Shown: piece after piece, positions 6,852-16,352 of the stretch
Layout: each line of letters begins with the position of its first letter
Position numbering within the stretch: position 1 is the first letter of the stretch
From: an uncultured archaeon
Lineage (GTDB): Archaea > Asgardarchaeota > Heimdallarchaeia > Heimdallarchaeales > Heimdallarchaeaceae
DNA: 25,740 bases
Assembly: GCA_964549075.1 (NCBI GenBank)
Contig: CAZJUB010000034.1
Span: 1 to 25,740, forward strand
Reading direction: 5' to 3'
Notes under the pieces: model-generated
Told to the model about the DNA's origin: nothing
What the model saw: only the letters and a program-made list of their open reading frames with translations
The model's database searches: none
Translations under genes and position numbers: made by a program

Positions 6852-8846
6852 TTATTTTCTCTCATTTACACTTATTATCTTTTTTCTTATTTTGATTAAA
6901 CTGATTGTCAAAATAATTGTACCAAAAACAGTAATGATGTTAGAATAACCTAATGTTGTTATAGTTGGTGTTCCAGTTTCTTGTGGTATGGTTATATCAA
7001 ATCCTGCATTTTGCATCCATGTTAAAGCCTTTACTAAATCGTAATCATAAATTGTCGAAATGTTTTCATAATACCATTCTGTCATCTCTGGTGGGAGTAA
7101 ACAATCAGATAAGCTATAATCTTCTTCATATAGAACATCTCCCAGTTCTTTTCTATCAATTATATGACAAATAGCTTTGCGTACAGCTAATCCCTTAGTG
7201 CAGTTTCCAAATCCTGGTATATACACATATTCGTTATTTAAATTCCCCCATCCTTCGCCTTTGATATTGAAAATTAATACATTCATATAATGTTCAGCAC
7301 CTACATAAACATCAAATAAAGGATTCAAATTTAACTGTTCTCTCTCTACACGAAAACTCGCAAGAGTATTGGTCCAATCCAACAATCCAGCTTTAAATTC
7401 AGCTAACTCAGCAGAAATATCAGGTATAATACGAACTTTTATGGTGTTAACAAATGGTTCCATTCCCAATGTACCGTCTATAGCTCCAACACCAAACCAA
7501 AAAGGACTCTTTCTAAGTACAGTTACAGAGTTAACTATTGCATAATCAAGCATATATTTTCCACAACTAAAAGCTGAAGTACTATAAGTTAACCATGCAG
7601 GGGATAGATTTATCTCGTCATAAAGTCCTTTACAGTCTATTCCAGAAGAAGCATATGAAATTGTTTCTGCAGTTGAATTAAGAAAGAATTCAGGAAGGCA
7701 CGAAGTTTCAAGTTTCTCAAAGATTAATGAATAATATTCTGTTTCGTTTGTCTCTGGATTTCCATCTACAAGAATGTGAAAAGATAAAGGATTTACAGGA
7801 TCTACATAAATATCTTTCATCCAGCTGAATTCATAAGCTTGATCACTAACAAGAGGATTTGCCCAAGATAATAGAGTGAACACAGCATCTTTTGCAGTTA
7901 CAATTTGGTTACTCCCATCACTATATTCTCCTTTTAATCCTGTCATTAAAGTTGAATTCTGAAGAGATTCAGAACTAGCAGTTCTTTCTGTTACATTAAA
8001 TGAAGGATTCCAATACACATTCGGTCTCAGAAAGAATTGAAAATGACTTGAATTTAATTGTATCCAGTTACTGATTAAACCATATCTCGTTGGATTACCT
8101 TCTGGATCAATTTTTATTAATGGTTCAGATAACAATTTCCAGATTAATTCGCTGCTTGAATCATCTGTAAAAAGAGGATTTAGCTCTCGCCAATTTGCAT
8201 CAGCAAGGATGAATTCATCTACAGAAGTTTGACCTTCATGCAAACCTTCATACGACATGTAAGGGAGTGATTCTATCCATCCCCATGTACTGTCATAACC
8301 AATTGTATTACTGTGCAAACACTCATACGAATTTTCTACAAATAGTGGCCAATAGAGTAAAATTTTGTCCATATAAAATTCTTGAAGATTGTTGTAGTAT
8401 TCTCGCCTTTCTTCTTCAGACTCGATTGTAGGACCGAATTTGATCATCTCTTCGAATTCCTCTTTAAATTGAAAGACATAACTAGTTGGGAAAAAATTCC
8501 AGAAAGGAATACTCTTTAAGAAATTAAAATCTGGTTCTCTATTTCTAAAAGGTAATTTCAACGCTGCTAAATCGTGGTCATCATGAGTATAAGGTGGATA
8601 CATAGGAGGACAACCCCATGTACTATAAACTTCAACTTCTATACCAAGTGCTCGCATATATTGGGCGATGTACAAACCTAAATATGGATTAGCAGTTCTA
8701 TCTAAATCTATATCATAAACTAGGTTCAAATACTGATTTCCACCTTCAACCTGTAAAAAAGCTTGATTAACTATAAAGTAAGAGATTAAGAATACTTCTA
8801 GAATTAGTCTTAATCTAGATTTCTTTTTCTCATCTAGTTTTTGCAT
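6852..8846 (-). CDS. Family-5 ABC solute-binding protein paralog, apparently circularly permuted, C-terminal TM anchor
   Basis: Motifs ELNPL, LSEPL, FFLRPNVYW, VTAKDAVFT, AVRKAICHIIDR and YDLVKA..MQNAG. Colinear with the neighbouring gene. Confidence 0.85.
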   Translation of the reverse strand: MQKLDEKKKSRLRLILEVFLISYFIVNQAFLQVEGGNQYLNLVYDIDLDRTANPYLGLYIAQYMRALGIEVEVYSTWGCPPMYPPYTHDDHDLAALKLPFRNREPDFNFLKSIPFWNFFPTSYVFQFKEEFEEMIKFGPTIESEEERREYYNNLQEFYMDKILLYWPLFVENSYECLHSNTIGYDSTWGWIESLPYMSYEGLHEGQTSVDEFILADANWRELNPLFTDDSSSELIWKLLSEPLIKIDPEGNPTRYGLISNWIQLNSSHFQFFLRPNVYWNPSFNVTERTASSESLQNSTLMTGLKGEYSDGSNQIVTAKDAVFTLLSWANPLVSDQAYEFSWMKDIYVDPVNPLSFHILVDGNPETNETEYYSLIFEKLETSCLPEFFLNSTAETISYASSGIDCKGLYDEINLSPAWLTYSTSAFSCGKYMLDYAIVNSVTVLRKSPFWFGVGAIDGTLGMEPFVNTIKVRIIPDISAELAEFKAGLLDWTNTLASFRVEREQLNLNPLFDVYVGAEHYMNVLIFNIKGEGWGNLNNEYVYIPGFGNCTKGLAVRKAICHIIDRKELGDVLYEEDYSLSDCLLPPEMTEWYYENISTIYDYDLVKALTWMQNAGFDITIPQETGTPTITTLGYSNIITVFGTIILTISLIKIRKKIISVNERK

Positions 8847-8963
8847 AATAATCTATTTCTTTGAACAATCATGAATATTAGCTCAAGATTGTTTCAAGAC
8901 TAAAATTTGACAATTATAACTTAATTTCATAACAATAAAAAAAAAGGTAAGAGTTAAGAAATC

Positions 8964-9329
8964 TCAAATTAATTCCTTTGAAACCATTGCTATAACTTCT
9001 TTTGCTTCATCAGATAATAGTTTCTTTTTTGGAGTTAAAGCTGCATATAAGAGATCATTAAGAATTTTCTCTCTATTCCTGTTAACTACTTCTAAAAGAG
9101 TCAAATCATCTACTTGAGATTGCTTTCTATATAGTTGCACTATCTCTTCCGCTAAATCATCAGTTGTTGCTTTCATTGCTTTAACGATTCTTTTCTCTGA
9201 AGCAGTCATTTTACCATCTTTCTCACAATAGGTCTTTACTGCTTCCACCATCTGATCTAGAGCATTTCGTAATTCCGCTTCCTCATCTTCTGTTAAGTTG
9301 TCTTCTACTATTTCCACATCATCAGCCAC
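8964..9329 (-). CDS. Hypothetical acidic helical protein, TerB-like
   Basis: KDGKMTASEKRIV resembles the TerB xDGxxxxxE motif. GTG start at 9329 follows SD GGGGTGG (ORF track start is 9347). Confidence 0.6.
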   Translation of the reverse strand: MADDVEIVEDNLTEDEEAELRNALDQMVEAVKTYCEKDGKMTASEKRIVKAMKATTDDLAEEIVQLYRKQSQVDDLTLLEVVNRNREKILNDLLYAALTPKKKLLSDEAKEVIAMVSKELI

Positions 9330-9418
9330 AATACCACCCCTAACCAATAAAATGATTAAACGTATCTAAGCCACTATACTCATTAGGGATTATTGTTTTT
9401 AAATTTTTTCTCTAAATT

Positions 9419-10423
9419 TTATGAAGTAGAAAGGAGAATATCAGAATAATCCCCTACTTTGAGAGAGTGACCTTTCATTCCTTGTATCTTGCTATTTGTC
9501 CCTATAACAGAATCAGAGAGCTGAGAATCTTTCAAAACACATTTTTCAAGTATAACAGAATTTTTTATCTCACTATTATAAACTTCAACATCTGCTTCTA
9601 TCATAGCATAAGGACCAATAGTCGAGTCTGCAATCTTAGTCCCTTTAGCTACATAGACTGGAGGAATGATTTCTGTGTTCTCTAATTCTCCTAAAACTGC
9701 ATTGGTGTCTTTATTCAGATAATGTTTGTTTACTTCAAGTAAATCTTCTGGGAAACCTATATCTAAACGCCAACCTGAAATTAAGCTAGCTCTTACAGAA
9801 TAACCATGATTAACTAAAGCTTGGATAGCATCTGTGAGTTCATATTCTCCTCTAAAAGAAGGTTTCAAATTAGCAAACATATTGAAAATAACAGGAGAGA
9901 AGACGTAAAAACCAGTGATCACGTAATTGCTTTTAGGATTCTTGGGTTTCTCTTCTAATGAAATCACCTTATCACCATCTAATTCAACTACACCATATCT
10001 TTGTGGATTCTCATTTTCTTCTAGATGAAGAGTAGCAGAAGCTTTTGTTTCTAAATGAAGATCAATAACTTTCTTAAGATCTGTTGAAAACAAGTTATCT
10101 CCTAAAAGAACCACGAAATCCTCAGTAATATAATCCTTAACTAAATTTACAGCTGCAGCTAATCCTTTAGTTTGCGTAGAATCCTGAATAATATAAGAAA
10201 TTTTTATCCCCAATTCTTCACCATTTTTAAAATAATCCATGATAGATTCACGTTGGTAACCAACTACCATAATAACATCAGTTATTTTGAGAACATCTCT
10301 CAGATATTCAAGGGAATGATGAAGGATAGGTTTTCCTGCAACTGGTAGCATATGTTTTGGTCTGAAGCTAGTTAAGGGAAGAAGTCGTTTCCCATGTCCA
10401 GCAGCTAAAATAACACCTTTCAT
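9419..10423 (-). CDS. Sugar-1-phosphate nucleotidyltransferase (glucose-1-P thymidylyltransferase, long archaeal form)
   Basis: Motifs ILAAGHGKRLLPLT..RPK, LGDN, EEKP, RGEYELTDA, and a C-terminal hexapeptide-like beta-helix. Start set at MKGVIL (10423). Confidence 0.9.
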   Translation of the reverse strand: MKGVILAAGHGKRLLPLTSFRPKHMLPVAGKPILHHSLEYLRDVLKITDVIMVVGYQRESIMDYFKNGEELGIKISYIIQDSTQTKGLAAAVNLVKDYITEDFVVLLGDNLFSTDLKKVIDLHLETKASATLHLEENENPQRYGVVELDGDKVISLEEKPKNPKSNYVITGFYVFSPVIFNMFANLKPSFRGEYELTDAIQALVNHGYSVRASLISGWRLDIGFPEDLLEVNKHYLNKDTNAVLGELENTEIIPPVYVAKGTKIADSTIGPYAMIEADVEVYNSEIKNSVILEKCVLKDSQLSDSVIGTNSKIQGMKGHSLKVGDYSDILLSTS

Positions 10424-10635
10424 AACGTTCAAAGAAATCTTATCCAAATTAAACATAAACTTTTGGGTACAAAGACAGAGAAAAAATACCTTTATATCTT
10501 AAAATCAAAGGACTTAAAAATAAAAATTTTAATTCATAGCTAGTTGAATGCTAAAAGATAAAATATTATATTTAAAACAAATCTAGAACATTTCCAATTC
10601 AGGTATTGATTTAAGTTGAATAAAGGTCATAACAA

Positions 10636-11346
10636 ATGAATTCTCAAAAAAAACAAAACAACCTAATTGTTTTGATACCCACGCTTAATGAAGAGAAATC
10701 TATTGGAAACTTAGTTGAAAAATGTTTAAAGTATACGAATGAAGTACTAATAATAGATGGATTATCTAGCGATCTCACAATAGAAAAAGCTAAAGAATCA
10801 GGTGCAAAAGTAATCACTTGTGATGAAAAAGGGAAGGGTTCAGCTTTAGTTAAAGGTTTTAAATATGTTTTAGATAACTATAATTTTTCTCATGTTGCTT
10901 ATCTAGATGGCGATAATACATATGACCCTGATGATTTACCCAAATTATTTGAAGTAACATCACAAAGAAAAAAATCTGATTTAGTAATTGGAAATAGATT
11001 TCCTCTTAGAGAGAAAGGAACAATTACTAAAATTAATATGATTGGTAACAGAATATTTTCACTATTAATTAGCATAATCACAAGACAAAAAATCATTGAT
11101 ACGCAATCAGGTTTTAGGCTATTGAATAAAGAGGTAACAGAATTTGTTTCAAAGAATCTTACCTCTGCTAATTTTGAAATAGAAACTGAGATGATTATTC
11201 GAACTTCAAAGAGAGGTTTCAAAATTAGGGAGATTAAAATAAATTACTTTAAAAGAGAAGGAACATCCAAACTAAATCCATTTTTTGATGGTTTCAGAAT
11301 TCTAAAAACAATTTTTCAATCTCTCTTTTTTAAAGAAAACAAATAA
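10636..11346 (+). CDS. GT2 dolichol/polyprenol-phosphate glycosyltransferase (DPM1-like)
   Basis: Motifs IPTLNEE, IDGLSSDLT, GKG, DGD, IGNR, DTQSGFR, FEIETEM and R.G.SKL. Confidence 0.9.
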   Translation: MNSQKKQNNLIVLIPTLNEEKSIGNLVEKCLKYTNEVLIIDGLSSDLTIEKAKESGAKVITCDEKGKGSALVKGFKYVLDNYNFSHVAYLDGDNTYDPDDLPKLFEVTSQRKKSDLVIGNRFPLREKGTITKINMIGNRIFSLLISIITRQKIIDTQSGFRLLNKEVTEFVSKNLTSANFEIETEMIIRTSKRGFKIREIKINYFKREGTSKLNPFFDGFRILKTIFQSLFFKENK

Positions 11347-11350
11347 ATTT

Positions 11351-12559
11351 TTATTTCTCAGAATAACTAATTCTAGTGGATTCTATAAGAGGAATCTCTG
11401 TAATCTCTGTTTTAGACTTACAGAAGATTTGATAATTAGCATACAACAAACTGAATTCAATTTGAATAAATGAATAAAGAGCTCTTCTTGTATAAGGAAC
11501 TACAAGGATAATTACGATTATTGATGGAATAATCACATAAAGTGAAAGATAGTTAACTCTAATAAGTAATATTATTAAAAATGCAGAAAAACTAGCGAAA
11601 GAAAGAGGGACTAATATAGGAAAAATAAAAGAGAAATAGTAATAAAATGGATACAAAAAGAAACCAATAAAGATATTGTTTGTATTGAAGAATATAGATT
11701 TAAACCTCTGAATTGATCTTAAAAGGTTAATAGCTCTAATTTTCTTTTGGTCTAATCGCTCTTTAACTTGAGAAGGGTAGTATTCGTAATAATAAATCTT
11801 GTCAGAGTAGAATACTTTGAATCCTTTCTTTAAAATCCAGAGAGAAGATTCATTATCAAAACACCCATTAATTTTATTTAAGTCTGAAATCAAATCTTTC
11901 CTTGCAACAATAAACTCACCTTTTACCATAAAAGTAGAACTGATATTAGTCTCAGCTTTTCTAAATATATTAAAAAGACCTTGATAAATACGTTCTATTT
12001 TAGAACTTCTTTTTTCAGGATTAAGAAGTCTACATGAACCAGATACTGAACCAACTTTTCGATCCTCATTGAGTATTCTTACTGCAGAAATTATAGAACT
12101 TTCATTTAAAAAAGAATGAGAATCAGTTAAAATGACCAATTCTGTTTGTGCATTCTCAATACCAAGAATAAGAGCATCATTATACCCCATTCGTTTTTCA
12201 GAGTGAATTAATTTTATATGTTCATTACTTTCTTGAAATTTCTTTATAATATAGGGGGTACTATCTGAAGAATCATCAACTACTATAACTACTATTTTTG
12301 AAGGATAATTAATCTTAAAGATTGAATTTAATTTAGCTTTGATTACTTTTTCTTCATTATAAGTAGGTATTATTATTGTTAAGGGAGATAGTAAAGAATC
12401 TGAAATATCTAAATTAATATTCCTATGTTTTCGATTCTTCCAATTTTTAATTGAAATAAACAGATTACCTATTATTAAACTCAATAAATAAGTTATAATT
12501 GGAATAAAAGGAACAACACTTATAATGAGAAAGACTATATCTAGTTGCAACATTGGCAT
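11351..12559 (-). CDS. Membrane-bound GT2 glycosyltransferase (CesA-like subfamily)
   Basis: N-terminal TM; motifs IIIPTYNEE, VVDDSSD, LTDS and VGSVSG; two C-terminal TMs. Confidence 0.85.
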   Translation of the reverse strand: MPMLQLDIVFLIISVVPFIPIITYLLSLIIGNLFISIKNWKNRKHRNINLDISDSLLSPLTIIIPTYNEEKVIKAKLNSIFKINYPSKIVVIVVDDSSDSTPYIIKKFQESNEHIKLIHSEKRMGYNDALILGIENAQTELVILTDSHSFLNESSIISAVRILNEDRKVGSVSGSCRLLNPEKRSSKIERIYQGLFNIFRKAETNISSTFMVKGEFIVARKDLISDLNKINGCFDNESSLWILKKGFKVFYSDKIYYYEYYPSQVKERLDQKKIRAINLLRSIQRFKSIFFNTNNIFIGFFLYPFYYYFSFIFPILVPLSFASFSAFLIILLIRVNYLSLYVIIPSIIVIILVVPYTRRALYSFIQIEFSLLYANYQIFCKSKTEITEIPLIESTRISYSEK

Positions 12560-12759
12560 AATAAGATAATTCTGATTTTAAAAATTTTCCTTCAGAACTA
12601 AAATTGCTATACTCAAGAATCTACAAATGGTTGGAACTATCCTTTTATTTGATATATACAATTCAACAGAATGATACACTTTAGATTTTAATTTTATATT
12701 CTGTTGTAGTATTGTTCAATTAAATTTATATATTCTAATCTTAAAACATTTTTAAGATA

Positions 12760-15114
12760 ATGATAGATTTTTTAAAATCTCGTTTACGCAATAGCTATGT
12801 AGAAAGAATTAGTTCTTCAGGAACAAATTTAAGATTGCCTATTTATCTTTTTATTATCCCAGTAATTAGTTCTTTCATTTTAATCTTTATACAAGATTTT
12901 TCGATACAATCATTTGATTTTTACTGGCAGTATGCTATTAATTTGATTCCACTTTTGATAGATATAATATCAATTAGTTTTTTAATCGTAAGGATTCCAG
13001 AACTAAGTAGTTATATATTTTCCAAAATAAGCAAAAAAAAAGGTAATATGGGAATTAAGAGACATAAGATCTTTTCAAGACCTATTGAAGTTCAGATGAT
13101 GTTTTCTGTTTTACCATTTACTTTATTATTTTGTTATGCATTAGGATTGTTTGTTGGTTTATTACCAGTTATTGGAATTAAGATACTGTCTTTTATCATG
13201 CATTTAGGTTCTTTTGCAATTTTCTTATCCTTTAAAAATTTTACAACAATTAATTTAGGTTACATTAGAAAACCTTCTAAAATTTCAGTTCTCTCGTTAG
13301 TATTAATTCCTCTAGGATTTGGTATATCTTTTGCAGAAATTGAAGTTCTAAACCTGATATATTATATCTTAATATTATTAGTAATAGTTTTAGTTTTAAT
13401 CCTCCGTAATTTAAACAAAACTGACTATTATATTATATTGATGACCATAATTCTCAGTCTATCAGTATTAAGGATTTTTTATGGAAGTGTATTAACAGGA
13501 AGAACAGATGTTCATAACGAAATTTATGTTGCAAATTTAACTATAAAAAATAATGGATGGTTATATAACGCAACAACTAACACATACAATTCTGTATTTT
13601 CAGTAACTGTATTGCCTTTTCTAGTTTTTCGAATCTTTAGTATTTCACCTATACTTTATTTTGGATTTATAGATCCACTTTTAAGTACATTTTTTATTGT
13701 CTTTACCTTTAGATTGGTTACTAAAATTTCTGAAAATAGAGAAGGTAATCTTTTAAAAGAAAAAAGTCTGAAACTTATTTTTATATTAATTCTGGTTGCT
13801 GGAATCATTCAAACAGGTACTCATCAGATTTTTAGCAACAACAGGTCTTTGATGGCTTTTTCACTGTTTGTAATATTAGTGGATAGAACCTTTCCAGATT
13901 TGATTAAGAAAGAATCTCTGGATACAAAAGAGAATTACTGGAAGTATTTTGGCTATCAACTAGTCGTATGGTTATGTATCATATTGTCTCATTGGGGTAC
14001 TGCAATTGTTGGTTTCTTGTATTTTGTAATTTACTATATAGTTGTCTTAGTCAGATTATCAAAAAGAAACAAGAAGATTTTGTTATATATATTATTGATA
14101 ATGACTTTAATAATTGTATTTGGAGTAACATGGTATTCTTATTCTCCTATCATTAGAGAACTTGTTTATAGAATTTTCCAAGGTTTTATTGATTTTTTAA
14201 AAAATCCATCATTTGATGCTTTAATAAAAAATAATATTCTATTACAAAATTTATTATTCTTAAATAGTACATCTAATGCTTATGATTTCTTTGTTTCTTT
14301 ACTTTACTTAATAAGCATTGCTTTGCCTATATTGAGTATTATAATATCGAGTATCCATTATTTTAGAAATTCTTCCAATTCTAAAATTTCAAAACATGAA
14401 CTTAAAATTCTCCTTTTAATTACATTAACTTATTATCTTACAAATGGATTTCTTCTACTTATTCCATATGCACAAGAATTATATGGCTCTAACAGATCTT
14501 TTTACCAAGGATTGTTTTTCTTCACTTATATATGTTATTATGGTTTTTCAATAATTGAAGGCTTAAATTTTAGAATCTGGAAAAAAAAGAAAATAAAATT
14601 CTCGTCAGTAAAGATACTTTCAATATTGTTAGTCATAACTTTCATTTTCCATCAAGGAATCCTTTTGAAATTCATCCATCCATTTACACAATCAGATAAT
14701 AATTATTGGGATGGAAATTTACTATTTGACAAACATTCTATAGACTTTAGTAGGTGGTATACCTCTAAAAAAGACATAGCTGCTTTTCAATGGATAAGAA
14801 ACAACAAGATCAGTGAGTATGTATTTTCTGATGTAACTCGACTGTATCAAGTTTACACGTATTCTGGTATTGATTATAATACTGATAAACTTTACAACTC
14901 AAATATTAAAATACTATTAGATTCGAAAAATTTAGAGAATCTTCCTATAGGTTTTATTGTTTATATACCTAACAGTGTAGTTTTGTGTGATAGAATGTAT
15001 TTCAGTGACATAAAAACTGATTATTTGGAATTGAATTTGATTATACAAAAAATGGAATTACTTAATCTGTCTGTTGTTTTCGATGATGGAGCAATTTTGT
15101 ATCAACAATTATAA
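12760..15114 (+). CDS. Large polytopic membrane protein, DUF2206-like (putative GT-C fold)
   Basis: Many TMs; motifs G.TDVHNE...NNGW, YNSVFSVTVLP and LSHWGT; soluble C-terminal domain (DIAAFQWI, VFSD). TATA box TTTATATA at 12725-12732. Confidence 0.7.
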   Translation: MIDFLKSRLRNSYVERISSSGTNLRLPIYLFIIPVISSFILIFIQDFSIQSFDFYWQYAINLIPLLIDIISISFLIVRIPELSSYIFSKISKKKGNMGIKRHKIFSRPIEVQMMFSVLPFTLLFCYALGLFVGLLPVIGIKILSFIMHLGSFAIFLSFKNFTTINLGYIRKPSKISVLSLVLIPLGFGISFAEIEVLNLIYYILILLVIVLVLILRNLNKTDYYIILMTIILSLSVLRIFYGSVLTGRTDVHNEIYVANLTIKNNGWLYNATTNTYNSVFSVTVLPFLVFRIFSISPILYFGFIDPLLSTFFIVFTFRLVTKISENREGNLLKEKSLKLIFILILVAGIIQTGTHQIFSNNRSLMAFSLFVILVDRTFPDLIKKESLDTKENYWKYFGYQLVVWLCIILSHWGTAIVGFLYFVIYYIVVLVRLSKRNKKILLYILLIMTLIIVFGVTWYSYSPIIRELVYRIFQGFIDFLKNPSFDALIKNNILLQNLLFLNSTSNAYDFFVSLLYLISIALPILSIIISSIHYFRNSSNSKISKHELKILLLITLTYYLTNGFLLLIPYAQELYGSNRSFYQGLFFFTYICYYGFSIIEGLNFRIWKKKKIKFSSVKILSILLVITFIFHQGILLKFIHPFTQSDNNYWDGNLLFDKHSIDFSRWYTSKKDIAAFQWIRNNKISEYVFSDVTRLYQVYTYSGIDYNTDKLYNSNIKILLDSKNLENLPIGFIVYIPNSVVLCDRMYFSDIKTDYLELNLIIQKMELLNLSVVFDDGAILYQQL

Positions 15115-15184
15115 TTCTTAAAAAAGCTATATACAGAAAAATCATAAGGAAATTATCAAATTGTGTTTTTTGATTTAGTAAAAA

Positions 15185-16327
15185 CTAATTATCTTTGATT
15201 ATAGATTTCATCCAATGAAATAGCTTTAGCATTCCTTCATCAAACGAATACAAATTATATTCAACTTTGTGCAGCTCTGATTCACTTAAAGTTGATATAA
15301 TTTTAGCTAACTCTTGTACATCACCTGGATCAAAAAAATGTGCTTGTTTTGAAAATTGTTCTACAGCTGATCCCACTCTGGTGGCAATAATAGGTAATTT
15401 CGCATTTGCTGCTTCAAGCAATGTCAATTGGCATCCTTCAGAATAGCTTGAACTTATAAGTGCAGTACTTCTTTTATAGAGTGTAAATAAAATTTCATTA
15501 TTGACATACCCTAACCATTTTACTTGCTCTTTTAAATTATATTTATCAATTCTTGTTTTTATTCTTCTTTTATAGAATTTTCCAAAAAAAGGCATTTCAC
15601 TACCAACAATGAGTAATTTCAGATTTTTGTTATTAGCAATCCTTAAAGCTTCTATTACCGTATGCAAACCCTTAGTATAGTAAATTGCTCCAACAAAAAG
15701 AAGCAGAAAATCATTATTTTTAAGATTGTATTTTTCTTGGATATTTTTCCATATTTGTCTAATTTCAATTTGATTGCTGAAATTACTAATTATGCCATAA
15801 GGTAATGTAAATACTCTACTTTTTTCAACTCCTAAATTTGTTAGATACCTTGTCATATTTTGTGAAATCGAGAAATAGAGATATCTTTTTTTAATAACTG
15901 ATTTTTTAAAGACATATAGTGTTTTGTACCATATTCTAAATAATAATGAGATTAAGAAAGGAGAAATATCATCTTTAATGACAAATCCAGGTTCATCATG
16001 AAAGAAAATTACTGTTTTAGTGTTTTTTGGTGATGGAATAGCGTATCCTGAATATGCTGAAGAGAGAATTAAATCTGGATGAAATTTATTACAAACCTTT
16101 CGAATCTTCCATTTCCCTAAAATTCTATAGAAGACATATTCGAAAAATGGAATTTTAATATGAAAAGTTGGATTGAAGAAGACTTTTCCTTTTCCTGTAA
16201 ATGTTTTATCATCAGTTAAACAATATAAATCCACTTTTGTTTCAAGATATCTCATTATTTTTTCTGAAATTCGTTCAGCACCATATTTAGGTGATCCCAA
16301 ACCTCTTGATACATACAAAATACGCAT
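15185..16327 (-). CDS. GT4 family glycosyltransferase
   Basis: Motifs YGAE, FVGAIYYTKG, SYSEGCQLTLLEA (Ex7E) and PIIATRVG. Confidence 0.92.
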   Translation of the reverse strand: MRILYVSRGLGSPKYGAERISEKIMRYLETKVDLYCLTDDKTFTGKGKVFFNPTFHIKIPFFEYVFYRILGKWKIRKVCNKFHPDLILSSAYSGYAIPSPKNTKTVIFFHDEPGFVIKDDISPFLISLLFRIWYKTLYVFKKSVIKKRYLYFSISQNMTRYLTNLGVEKSRVFTLPYGIISNFSNQIEIRQIWKNIQEKYNLKNNDFLLLFVGAIYYTKGLHTVIEALRIANNKNLKLLIVGSEMPFFGKFYKRRIKTRIDKYNLKEQVKWLGYVNNEILFTLYKRSTALISSSYSEGCQLTLLEAANAKLPIIATRVGSAVEQFSKQAHFFDPGDVQELAKIISTLSESELHKVEYNLYSFDEGMLKLFHWMKSIIKDN

Positions 16328-16352
16328 TAATAATCCCTAATTTTTATGATTT

